Of a stretch of 64,000 nucleotides of DNA, positions 1-9,103 are shown one piece after another. The position numbers and the translations under genes were made by a program. Location of the stretch: contig CAWBAT010000008.1 of the NCBI GenBank assembly GCA_963786955.1, positions 512,001 through 576,000 on the forward strand, in the 5' to 3' direction. The notes beneath the pieces were generated by a model that was given only the letters and a program-made list of their open reading frames with translations, was not told the origin of the DNA and made no database searches. Within the stretch, counting starts at the first letter, position 1. Every line of letters begins with the position of its first letter. Source of the stretch: an uncultured Acidimicrobiia bacterium (GTDB lineage: Bacteria; Acidobacteriota; Terriglobia; Versatilivoradales; Versatilivoraceae).

Positions 1-504
1 ATCGCTCCTGCAGCCAGGGCGGCTCTGGCCCTATTTCCCGGGGGGATGATGTTTGAACTCGGATGTCATCTAATCGACAGGATGGTAGACCTCCTGGGGC
101 GTCCTTCCAAGGTCTCCCCGTTCCTTCGTCATGACAGCTCCTACAAAGACAAGCTTGAAGACAGCACACTGGCTGTTTACGAATATGATCGTGCCCTGGC
201 AGAAATTTACAGCACGGCACAGCAACCCTCAGGGGGGAATCACAGGCTCCTTCAGATTCAGGGAACGAACGGAACTGTAACACTTCAGCCTATTGAACCT
301 CCGTCCCTTGAATTTGATTTGAAATCTGCTGCAGGACCCTACCGGACAGGTTGGCAGAAGGTTGAAATACCCAGTGGAGCCAGATACGTTGCCGATTTTC
401 GAGAAATGGCCCAGATAGTCCGCAAGCAACGATCTCCGTCATTTTCTTCCAAGCACGACTTGATCGTACAGGAGACTTTGTTGCGATCCTGTGGCGTTCT
501 TTGA
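1..504 (+). CDS. Gfo/Idh/MocA family oxidoreductase, C-terminal part (5'-truncated by window edge)
   Basis: Frame is open from base 1 (IAPAARAALALFPGGMMFELGCHLID). GGxxxExxCHxxD motif and 'IQGTNGT' C-terminal domain are present. Confidence 0.85.
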   Translation: MAPAARAALALFPGGMMFELGCHLIDRMVDLLGRPSKVSPFLRHDSSYKDKLEDSTLAVYEYDRALAEIYSTAQQPSGGNHRLLQIQGTNGTVTLQPIEPPSLEFDLKSAAGPYRTGWQKVEIPSGARYVADFREMAQIVRKQRSPSFSSKHDLIVQETLLRSCGVL

Positions 505-506
505 AG
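382..506 (+). repeat. 125-bp direct repeat, copy 1 (3' end of the Gfo/Idh/MocA gene)
   Basis: Matches 3499-3623 with 6 mismatches in 125 nt (manual alignment). Confidence 0.95.
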
Positions 507-598
507 AAAACAAGAACAAAGGGCAGGGGAGTGTCCGGCAGATACAGTGGATTCTCTTATGTCCTACCGAACCAATCGACAAAGATAACATTAAGTGA

Positions 599-856
599 AC
601 CTGGTCTGGTTGGGAGGCTGAAACGCCATTTCGCACCGGAGTAGAATTGCAGCTCAGAGGTGCTGTGAGTCGAGAGGCGCTTGAGGGAAGTCCCTGGCAG
701 GGATCTGGTGGTGAAGAGACCTACGATTTTGTGTCTGGCGCCACCTTAAACAGGCCCAAAGGAACCGGAGCTTGGATTCACTACAAAGCGACGTTAATCA
801 GCCCGGATACTATAAACACACCAGGACTACAAGTTGTTTCACTGGATTACCGATAG
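599..856 (+). pseudogene. Orphan C-terminal fragment of a large secreted FG-GAP/VCBS-type protein
   Basis: In-frame WEAETPFRTGVELQLRGA...WQG...WIHYKATLISPDTINTPGL resembles the C-terminal beta-domain of such proteins. It follows a stop codon and has no ATG or RBS. Confidence 0.5.
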
Positions 857-903
857 AGTCCAGTCCAGCGGGATTCCATTCGTTAACCATTCTACCGAAG
901 ATC

Positions 904-2085
904 ATGAGTCTGGCCTGCACGGAAGCACCATCAACACTGAGCACAGTCGGGGAATCATTTCGGCTTTCTGCTTATCTGCAAATCAGCGCGTTGGTCAGTC
1001 TTTCCATATGGATGCTCTTGCTGCTACCTGGCTTCCTTTTCCAAAAAGGCTGGACGTCACAAAGAATCGGTTGGGCCATGGGATCTTACTTTAGCGTCTA
1101 TCTCCTGGTGCAGATTCTGGCTGGACAGTTTGCCGACCGCTACGGAAATATTACGACTGCCTTGATTGGTGCCTCCCTGGGTATTATGGGAGGCCTGACC
1201 TACCTGCTGGCGGTAAAGTGGGCCAATTTCATTTTTGTGGCGCGAACGCTCCATGGTTCTGGCGCTGCAATGGTTACTGCAGGTGCACTCTTTCACTTGG
1301 TCGATTCAGTTCCTTCCCACCTGAAGGGCCGCATGATCGGGTACTTTGGTCTCCCCGGATTTGTCATGTTGGCAGGAGGACCGTTACTAGCCGAGCTCCT
1401 TGAGAAGTATGGCGGGTTTCGTGGACCATTTGTGGCAATTACGGTCATTTTCGGGAGTATACTCTGGCTTGTTCGCCGACTGCCCGAATCCCTCCAGAGG
1501 CAGGATCTTCCTGCCGAGTCTTTTGCGCACGGCTTCAGGCAGAATTTCTTCAAGTTGAAAGGGATTCTGGCGTTCTCTTTGGTCTTCGGATTTTGCTTCT
1601 CAGCATGGCAAAGCTTTCTCGCACCTGCCGCTAACTCTCTAGGAGTCGGCGCTGTATCTTCTTTCGGTTTTGGATACGGTGCCGGCGCAGTGGTCACGCG
1701 CTTAGGAATCAGCCAGCGACTCGAAACCCAACGCAGGCGAATAGTGGCCATCGCAGGCCTGATTGTTTACGGAGCGTGTCTGGCTCTTATCCCTCATGCA
1801 CTCACTGTGTGGCAGCTAGGGATCCTGGGGTTTTTGAGCGGGATGGGGCACGGTGTCTATTACCCTGCTCTGACTTCGATTGCCGCAGAGCGCTTCCATT
1901 CTTCGGGGACAGGGAGTGCAATGAGCCTTTACATTTCGGCTTCGAGTCTGGGCCTGTTTGTTGGACCTCCTTTCTGGGGTTTCCTGGCCGACCGAACAGG
2001 ATACGGTTGTGTTTTCGCTAGCGCCGGCGCAACCCTCGCGGGGGCGACGCTGCTCTTCATCATTCTTGAAACTAGGGGCCAATGA
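904..2085 (+). CDS. MFS transporter
   Basis: About 12 hydrophobic segments and an MFS motif A-like GQFADRYG. ATG at 904 chosen as start. Confidence 0.85.
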   Translation: MSLACTEAPSTLSTVGESFRLSAYLQISALVSLSIWMLLLLPGFLFQKGWTSQRIGWAMGSYFSVYLLVQILAGQFADRYGNITTALIGASLGIMGGLTYLLAVKWANFIFVARTLHGSGAAMVTAGALFHLVDSVPSHLKGRMIGYFGLPGFVMLAGGPLLAELLEKYGGFRGPFVAITVIFGSILWLVRRLPESLQRQDLPAESFAHGFRQNFFKLKGILAFSLVFGFCFSAWQSFLAPAANSLGVGAVSSFGFGYGAGAVVTRLGISQRLETQRRRIVAIAGLIVYGACLALIPHALTVWQLGILGFLSGMGHGVYYPALTSIAAERFHSSGTGSAMSLYISASSLGLFVGPPFWGFLADRTGYGCVFASAGATLAGATLLFIILETRGQ

Positions 2086-2398
2086 GATTGGAAAAGCGGC
2101 CCAACCCGGCGTGAGCTCGTTGGGATTCTGACGGCATTCCTGGAAAATCAACACACCAGAAGAAATGTTCTCATTGCGCCTCTCATTAAGGGACGTCTCC
2201 GCGCGAGTCATCTTCAGAGCTTTTTGGGAAGGAGTGCAGGCGTTTATTGCGGACAGCTTGACTTGGTCGATGAGAGCAGTCATCCGAATCTCAAACGCAC
2301 CCGAAAGGAGAGAAATTGGCGAATGACTCAGAGAAGTTCCTGGATTTTGATTTCATCACGCTCTTCCTGAGCCAGAAAGCCATCGAGGAGGATTCAAT

Positions 2399-3490
2399 AT
2401 GGAAAATTCATTGACGAACAACGCCAGTCGCGTCCGGGTCATTAAGGCGCTGAATTTCGAAAAGCCCGATCGGATTCCCCATCACGACGACTTTTGGCGA
2501 CAGTTTGTAGACCGGTGGAGGATGGAAAAAAGTCTGGGAGCGGAGGCGGACATTGAGGACTACTACGACGTGGACATCCGAATCTCGACTCCCGCGGAAG
2601 AAGGATGGCCCAGCCAGGCTGGGGTTGTGAAAGAGGAGGAAGGTTACGTCATTTACCGCAATGGTTGGGGTATGTTGCAACGCCAGTTGGCTCACTCCTT
2701 CGGAGAAATGCGCCACGGCTTTTTCGGACAGGAGTTGCAGGTGGTCTGTCAGGAAAAAATCGATCCAGACAAGCTGGAATTTGAATCTCCCCACGACGAT
2801 GGTCGTTATGAGTGGACAAGCCGGTTCGTCCGCAGAAACGCCGATCGGTTTGCGATTTTCGGGAAGGTGGGCGGACCCTACATGCGGACCGGTCAGCTTC
2901 GAGGAACTGAACAATGGTTAATGGATCTGGCCGAAGATCCCGAATATGCTCGCGACCTGGCCTCCAAAGTCGCGGATCATCTGATTCAGATCGGTTTGGA
3001 ACAACTTCGGCGCGACAATCTGAGCACGACTGGACTGTGGATCTTCGATGATATTGCGGGCAATCAGGGAATGGTTATGAGTCCCCGCAGCTACGAGAAA
3101 ATCTTTTACCCATCTCTGGTCAAAATGGTCAAGACCTGGAAGGCGGCGGGTGCGGCAAAAGTTCTGATGCACTCCGACGGCAACATCGAAGCTGTGTTGG
3201 ATCTGTTCGTCGCAGCCGGAATCGACGCAGTCAATCCTGTCGAGCCGAAGGCGGGCATGAATCTCGAGCGGCTGCGGAAGAAATACGACGGGAAGCTGGC
3301 CTTTATTGGGGGAATGTGTAATGCACGAGTTTTGCCTCAAGGTTCTCGGGAGGAGATTGTCAGACACGTCCAAAGTATTCTCGAATTAGGAAAAGAGGGA
3401 GGCGTTGTCTTAGCAGCTCATTCTATTGGCTCCGACATCTCAATCGAACATTTCGATTGGGCCATGGAGGCCTATTACAAGTACCGCTGA
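2399..3490 (+). CDS. Uroporphyrinogen decarboxylase / MtaA-CmuA-like family protein
   Basis: PDRIP N-terminus, LRG-E, FDD, 'MHSDG', NPVEP, AFIGG and GGVVLAAHS motifs. GAGGAG RBS. Confidence 0.85.
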   Translation: MENSLTNNASRVRVIKALNFEKPDRIPHHDDFWRQFVDRWRMEKSLGAEADIEDYYDVDIRISTPAEEGWPSQAGVVKEEEGYVIYRNGWGMLQRQLAHSFGEMRHGFFGQELQVVCQEKIDPDKLEFESPHDDGRYEWTSRFVRRNADRFAIFGKVGGPYMRTGQLRGTEQWLMDLAEDPEYARDLASKVADHLIQIGLEQLRRDNLSTTGLWIFDDIAGNQGMVMSPRSYEKIFYPSLVKMVKTWKAAGAAKVLMHSDGNIEAVLDLFVAAGIDAVNPVEPKAGMNLERLRKKYDGKLAFIGGMCNARVLPQGSREEIVRHVQSILELGKEGGVVLAAHSIGSDISIEHFDWAMEAYYKYR

Positions 3491-3498
3491 GGCCCTGG

Positions 3499-3623
3499 AG
3501 ATACGTTGCCAATTTTCGAGAAATGGCGCAGATAATCCGCAAGCAACGATCTTCGTCATTTTCTTCCAAGCACGACTTGATCGTGCAGGAGACTTTGTTG
3601 CGATCCAGTGGCGTTCTTTGAAG
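3499..3623 (+). repeat. 125-bp direct repeat, copy 2 (duplicated 3' end of the Gfo/Idh/MocA gene)
   Basis: About 95% identical to 382-506, including the stop codon. Confidence 0.95.
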
Positions 3624-3653
3624 GAGACAAAACCAAAAAGGTAACTGAAGAAT

Positions 3654-4475
3654 ATGTCCAATCAGAATCGACTACGACAGGGGCTCGGCTGCAGCTTGTT
3701 AGGCCTCGTTTTCTCCTCTAGCTTGCTGGGGGCGGAGACTGGAACCGTTCCTGGCATTCAGGTTTTCAAAGTGACTGACGGGGTGCCCTTCAGGATGGGT
3801 AAAGTGGACTCACGGCGGATTCTTCATCCGGATATGGGCGCCAGGAAACTCACATTGAATTATGCCGTTTCGCAACCCGGGCATGAATTTCCGCAGCACG
3901 TCCACGATTACTCTGATGACACATTTCTCGTTTTACAGGGACAAGTGGACGTGCGCCAGGGAGATTCCCGGCTGCCGTTATACACTGGACAGGCAGCCTT
4001 TGTCCCCTCGGGTCAGATTCACGGCACCATTACCACGGGGACGGGAACAGCCATTCTGATCAGCTTCCAGTGTCCGCCCGATAGGGCGCTTTACTCAGGA
4101 GATCGGGACTCTTCCCGGCCGGGAGCCACTCCGCCCAAAGGCACGATTACACCAGGTGCAGTAAAGCTATTGGATTTTTCCAACCAGAACGGCTTCTTCG
4201 TATATCCAGCAATGGGCTCAAAGCGAGTTGCCGTGGCGCATCGAAAGCTGAAACCTGGCGAGAAGTTCTCGACAGACGTAGCGGAGGACGAGGAACAGAT
4301 GCTGTTCGTATGGAAAGGTGGTCTCACAGTAAGATCACAGCAAGGGATCTATGAGGTTGGGGAGAGAGAAACGGTATTCATCTCGGGCAGAAACAGCTTG
4401 GAGGTCCAAAACAACTCCTCTGTTCAAGCTATCGTCATTCAGGTCCAGGCCCCACCACATTCTGGTTGGAAGTAG
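3654..4475 (+). CDS. Secreted bicupin-domain protein
   Basis: Signal-peptide-like N-terminus. Cupin metal motif PQHVH...F.VLQG...VPSGQIH, followed by a second degenerate cupin (EQMLFVWKG). Confidence 0.75.
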   Translation: MSNQNRLRQGLGCSLLGLVFSSSLLGAETGTVPGIQVFKVTDGVPFRMGKVDSRRILHPDMGARKLTLNYAVSQPGHEFPQHVHDYSDDTFLVLQGQVDVRQGDSRLPLYTGQAAFVPSGQIHGTITTGTGTAILISFQCPPDRALYSGDRDSSRPGATPPKGTITPGAVKLLDFSNQNGFFVYPAMGSKRVAVAHRKLKPGEKFSTDVAEDEEQMLFVWKGGLTVRSQQGIYEVGERETVFISGRNSLEVQNNSSVQAIVIQVQAPPHSGWK

Positions 4476-4477
4476 GC

Positions 4478-4640
4478 ATCAGTGGCATGTTCTGATTCAA
4501 AAGGAAGACGAGTCGGTCGTGGCTGAAGTGCCGTTGACTAAACAAAAAGCCAACAATGACGTCGAAAAGTTGACGATCAAGCTTGAGAAGCAAGGCAAAC
4601 GCACTACCAAATGGTGCTTTTGGAAAGGAACGCATCCTAC
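4478..4640 (+). pseudogene. Gene remnant resembling the C-terminus of a DUF2911-like protein
   Basis: QWHVLIQK...VAEVPLTK...VEKLTIKLEK...W reads like a beta-rich C-terminal fragment. No start codon. Confidence 0.3.
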
Positions 4641-5038
4641 TTCTTGAAATAGGCTGCGGCGGCTTCGCGAACGAACCGGGCACATCGATGAGCCTTAAAG
4701 TCTTGTTCCAATATGTCAGCCAGCTTTTCCAACTCGACCTGACTGGCTCGCCCAGGCCGGAGCGCATTGTAAATCAGCAGGATTCGTTCTTCTGGCAGCT
4801 CGGCGAGTTCTGCGGCACGTCTGAAATTCTCGGCCAGTTGCGGTCTGCCAGCGGTTGCGGCCAGTTGAGCTTGAAGCTCCAGCGCCTCTGCCGTAACCCG
4901 CAAGTCTGACATGGCCACCTTTCCTTCAAGAACTGCCTCTAACGTGACATCCTGAAACGCCTGACCTGAAGGCGTTCTCAATCGCTCGGGCTGTTTCTCA
5001 GATAGCGGATAATTCGGGACAATCGGTTTCTCTTTCAT
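4637..5038 (-). CDS. pduE: B12-dependent diol/glycerol dehydratase small (gamma) subunit
   Basis: YPL..K.P..LRTPSG, DLR, LAENFRRAAEL, IYNALRP.R, A.FVREAA..Y. Overlaps the upstream gene by 4 bp (ATGA). Confidence 0.95.
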   Translation of the reverse strand: MKEKPIVPNYPLSEKQPERLRTPSGQAFQDVTLEAVLEGKVAMSDLRVTAEALELQAQLAATAGRPQLAENFRRAAELAELPEERILLIYNALRPGRASQVELEKLADILEQDFKAHRCARFVREAAAAYFKK

Positions 5039-7332
5039 GTGCGGACACGAAGCTCTTGAGGCGGTTTGTTTGGATCCACTTGCTCGGTCTCAAATAAGTG
5101 GAGCAGCGTTGTTTTCACGATATATTTCAGCCGGGCCATATTGTCGATTTCGATGGGCACGGGAAGCACCGGCTCTCCCTTGGCGTATTTAGAGGCATTG
5201 CGGCCAATCACTCGATAAGACTGCAACGTGAGGTTGGGAGCCTGGGGAAATAGTTCCAAATTGTTCAGCGGCTCAAGGTCTTTACGGTGAATTACGGTGG
5301 TCCCTTTCGATTGAATTCCAATGCTGACCCCGGAGCCGCTTAACTGAGCGCCGGCGTGGCCGATGAAGCCGCAATCGGAGGTGGAGTAAATTTTGACGAC
5401 TCGCGCCGTCATCCCCTCCTCCTCGATTCCTCGGATGATGGCTTTCAAAACCTCCTCATGAGGCAGACCCAGGAGCGTGGCGTCCAAAGCGGATCCAAAA
5501 GCCGGCCCCACCGCCACGACGATTTCTTCAATTTGGCGGCTGGCGGCGGCCTGACCAATCTCTTCCAAGAGACCCTGGAGTTGGTCGCGGCTCGCCCTGC
5601 CGATCTGTCTCGGATCCTTGGCCTGCGGGATGCCAGCCAATTCCTGCCAACGTTCTCCGCTCAGCCGGTATCCGGTTCCGGGCCCCTGATAGTCATTCGC
5701 ATCATTGAGCGCGCTAAGGACTCGTAAGTGAATCGAGGAGTTATTCTGTTGGCTGATGGAATCTTCGAAACCATTGACCGAGCCGGCCCCCTCGGCTTCC
5801 GCCAAGAGCACAGCAGAAGTTTGAAGGTAATCCCCCGAGATTCGAAGTTTTTGAATCTGTAATATCTTTTCGGCAATATCGCGAAATCCACGCCTCGCCA
5901 GGGCTCGAATCACATCCAGACCGTTCCGGCCCTGCAGCAGGAAATTCTCCGCGGCCGCGAGATCGGCCACGACCTCTCGATCGGGCATGTCGGCACTGCT
6001 GCGGGCAACCACTGCGGCCTGAACCTCCGCAGCGGTGATCGCCGGCAGTCCCAGGTCTGCAAAGACCGCTTGAATGGCCTGCGCCGCACGTCTTCGGACG
6101 TCCATCACTTCTGTTTCGCGAACCGGGCGAACTCCACCGTCCACCTGCATGTCGCGCTGCAAGATGTTATAGTCATCCAGGTCATCTGAGTCGAAATTGC
6201 CGCCACCGAAAAGATTGTCTTCTCTCGGCATGGAACTGTATCCCGAAAAGATGAAATCGGTCCCCGGCAAGAACTGCAACATCAGCTTCGAAGCCTTTCG
6301 AATCTGAGAATGAGATGCCATGGCATCATTGCCTGAGGCGATTTCCAGGTCAAGAAGGGCAGCGATGAGGTTTTCAGCCAAGACGCCGCGAACTCCTCCG
6401 GGCAGCGACTCAGGAAGAGCAATGCAACTGATTGAACCGTTCTGCACTCCCTGAGAGCCAGCGCCTTTGATGGCGACCAGACATCGTGTCTCCAGGTACA
6501 GCATCGATTTGCCTTCGGCATGACCCATCAGTGCTTCAGAGCCCGAACCTGAAGTAAATCGCACTTTGATACCCCGAGAGGCATAGGCAGATGCCAGGAA
6601 GGCTTTGGACCAGGGTGTGTCGTCCCCATCGCGAAAGGCCGGTTCTGTTCCATACACCGAGAGCGTCTCTGCATAGGTCGTGAGTCCCAGCCAGGCCAGT
6701 TTCAAGCTGAGAGCTTCTTCAACGGCGCATTGAGTGAGAGCCGTTCCCCTCCCGGTCTGGGAGCCGATTAAGACAGCCATGGCATTGAATGGCGCATAGC
6801 GGGACACACCTACGGTGGTTTCCAACTCCGAAAACCCCCTCTCTACAGCCTCAGCCGCATCCGCCGCGAGTAACGCGGGATTTTCCTTTCGGTTGGTGAC
6901 GTGGGCCTGATTCGAAGGAGTTCTCCGTGCCCGCATTTTCTGCAAAGCCATCATCATCTCGACCACATTGAGATGGTTCACCACTTCCATGATTTTTGCC
7001 GGAGTCAGCCCGCTGAAGACTTTCACCACTTCCTCGCGAGGGCTCTGGAAGTCCACAAGTTTGCGGGCGATGGCGAGGGGATTCATGGCCATGCTCTTTC
7101 TGGCTCTCGAGGGGTCAATGGCATAACGGGCGATGAATCGATCGATCACATCGAATTCTGCTTCGGTCTTGCCATCCAACTCGGTGATTCTTCCATCGAC
7201 AACACGGATCTGAGGCTTGGGATCACCCGGGCTGTTGAACACAATGAGCCCGGTCTCGGGCCATTCGTGGATAAAGCTGTCTTTGTTAATGTCTCGCTGA
7301 GATCGAGATTGGAAGCGCTTGGAGCGATTCAT
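5035..7332 (-). CDS. pduC: B12-dependent diol/glycerol dehydratase, fused large (alpha) + medium (beta) subunits
   Basis: Alpha motifs RSKRF, QAHVTN, ETTV, YAETLSVYGT, DGDDTPWSK, QNGS, FLPGTDF and NDYQGPGTGYR are followed in frame by beta motifs GPAFG, GIEEEG, SGSG.SIGIQSKGT and NLELFPQAP. Start taken at ATG 7332. Confidence 0.95.
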   Translation of the reverse strand: MNRSKRFQSRSQRDINKDSFIHEWPETGLIVFNSPGDPKPQIRVVDGRITELDGKTEAEFDVIDRFIARYAIDPSRARKSMAMNPLAIARKLVDFQSPREEVVKVFSGLTPAKIMEVVNHLNVVEMMMALQKMRARRTPSNQAHVTNRKENPALLAADAAEAVERGFSELETTVGVSRYAPFNAMAVLIGSQTGRGTALTQCAVEEALSLKLAWLGLTTYAETLSVYGTEPAFRDGDDTPWSKAFLASAYASRGIKVRFTSGSGSEALMGHAEGKSMLYLETRCLVAIKGAGSQGVQNGSISCIALPESLPGGVRGVLAENLIAALLDLEIASGNDAMASHSQIRKASKLMLQFLPGTDFIFSGYSSMPREDNLFGGGNFDSDDLDDYNILQRDMQVDGGVRPVRETEVMDVRRRAAQAIQAVFADLGLPAITAAEVQAAVVARSSADMPDREVVADLAAAENFLLQGRNGLDVIRALARRGFRDIAEKILQIQKLRISGDYLQTSAVLLAEAEGAGSVNGFEDSISQQNNSSIHLRVLSALNDANDYQGPGTGYRLSGERWQELAGIPQAKDPRQIGRASRDQLQGLLEEIGQAAASRQIEEIVVAVGPAFGSALDATLLGLPHEEVLKAIIRGIEEEGMTARVVKIYSTSDCGFIGHAGAQLSGSGVSIGIQSKGTTVIHRKDLEPLNNLELFPQAPNLTLQSYRVIGRNASKYAKGEPVLPVPIEIDNMARLKYIVKTTLLHLFETEQVDPNKPPQELRVRT

Positions 7333-7637
7333 AATCAGGTAGCTCCGGCAAAGCTGGAGGCTTAGTCTTGCAAAACTAAAAGTGGCCGACTTCGAGATTC
7401 CCCCTTTGCAGGGGCGCACCGTCGGCTGCGGGGGATGTCTTGCTCGAATAGAACTTAGCTATAGGCTGCGCGGGCATCCCTTTGCACCCCGAAGACTCTT
7501 TCAAAGATCTCGATCTTCGCAGTCATAATACATTCGAACTGGCCGATGGGAGAAGCCAGTGGGATGCTCCCTTCGCTCGCGACTTGGAACCTTTACAGAT
7601 TAGCGGGTTTCTCATACCAAAGGATTATCACTCAGCA

Positions 7638-8609
7638 TTACCGGGGGAAGATCGGTGCAATGCCCGAAGCATGGACCATCAGCGTTTTCTCTTCATCCAG
7701 CTGAATTGGCTCAAATGTCTGCGCCACGTCCATAGCCAGGCGGAAGTACTTCTCGTCTCCTGGCGGGAGCGCTGCTGTAATGGGTTGTGAAAGCGTCCAG
7801 CGCAGCCCAAGGGTGGCTTCGTCTGGGAAAGCTGCAGGTTGATACCAGCACTGGGGATTGGGGCGCTCACTTTCCTTCATGGCTTTGGGCCATTTGGTCT
7901 TTGCCATCGCTTTAAGTGCCAGGATACCCACTCGTTTCTGGCGCGCCCTTTCCACGACCTGCGGTCCGAAGTTTCCTTGTGAATAGAGGACGAAATTAAT
8001 TGGGAAAAGTATCGTATCGAACTCATAACGGTCAAGGCACGCATATGCAGCCTCGACAGAGTGAGCCGAAAACCCGATCAAACGCACTTTCCCTGCCTTC
8101 CTGGCAGCCTGATAGGCTTCCATCGCCCCGTCAGGACCAAACACCGCATTCACTTCATCTATCGTCGTTAGAGCATGAAACTGGTAAAGGTCGATATGAT
8201 CCGTGCGCAGCTGTCGAAGAGATTCTTCAAGCTCTTTTGCAGCCCCACTTTTGGTCCGATTCCCACTCTTGCATGCGAGAAATGAACGATTGCGATAAGG
8301 CGCAAGCGCAGGCCCTAGACGCTCCTGAGCGTTGCCGTATGTTGGAGCGACGTCGAAATAATTGATGCCCCGATCGTACGCCTCGGCGACTATGTTATTG
8401 GCAAAGGACTGTTCAGTACCCCTGACGGCGACCCCCCCGAAGCCGACAATGGAAAGTTCTATACCCGTCTTACCCAGGGGCCGCCTGGGAACCGGCGGTA
8501 GTCTACCCGCCGAGTCATTGGCTTTAGCCAGCGGTTCGACGACCTTGTTCGAAACCATACAGCCAGCAACCGCAGCCGTACCCTTTTTTAAAAAGATTCG
8601 TCGGTCCAT
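7638..8609 (-). CDS. Aldo/keto reductase with Tat signal
   Basis: MDRRIFLK twin-arginine signal; RRPLGKTG, GINYFDVAPTYG, SLRQLRTDHIDLYQFH. Confidence 0.9.
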   Translation of the reverse strand: MDRRIFLKKGTAAVAGCMVSNKVVEPLAKANDSAGRLPPVPRRPLGKTGIELSIVGFGGVAVRGTEQSFANNIVAEAYDRGINYFDVAPTYGNAQERLGPALAPYRNRSFLACKSGNRTKSGAAKELEESLRQLRTDHIDLYQFHALTTIDEVNAVFGPDGAMEAYQAARKAGKVRLIGFSAHSVEAAYACLDRYEFDTILFPINFVLYSQGNFGPQVVERARQKRVGILALKAMAKTKWPKAMKESERPNPQCWYQPAAFPDEATLGLRWTLSQPITAALPPGDEKYFRLAMDVAQTFEPIQLDEEKTLMVHASGIAPIFPR

Positions 8610-9103
8610 AACTACCTATTCTAATTGAAATCTTTCATTCCAAATGTATCTTTTGTGAAAAACTTTATCTCATTCATTCTCACGCTCGTAGCCAAATCAT
8701 CGACACGAACACCCGACTCATGTGTGGAGCAAAACTTCAGAAAACAGTAATTGGGGGCGCGAATGAAAATACCCGTCTCAAACCGTGTGATTAAAATAAA
8801 GCGTGTCCTAAAAGGAATCTCCATATTGAACACCAAGCCGAAAGAATTTGGTAGGCAATCGTCGAGAAGGACCGCTAAGTCACTGGGCGGTTGCTTTGCG
8901 AGTCACAATGAGTCTGACAAAGTCTCAAAGAAGGATCCTGAGCCTTTCCATACTCTATGATCGCCAGGAGCAAAAAGGCTCCACATTATTTCGAGGATGC
9001 TAGAATTCAATACCCATCAGTTCTTTCGGGTAGAAGTATTCCTTTACAACAGGATTAATTGCCAAGAGTAAGACGGCTGTCCTTAAAGGCAGCGTGACAA
9101 GAT

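Noticed and set aside
4637-7332. Pdu microcompartment locus
   Set aside because: No shell proteins, aldehyde dehydrogenase or encapsulation peptides in the window.
7333-7637. Cobalamin riboswitch upstream of the B12 dehydratase
   Set aside because: There is GC-rich hairpin potential, but I could not find the conserved GGGAA / GCCCCCGCAACTGT / AGYCAGRAGACC elements on the minus strand. An Infernal search with Rfam cobalamin models would settle it.
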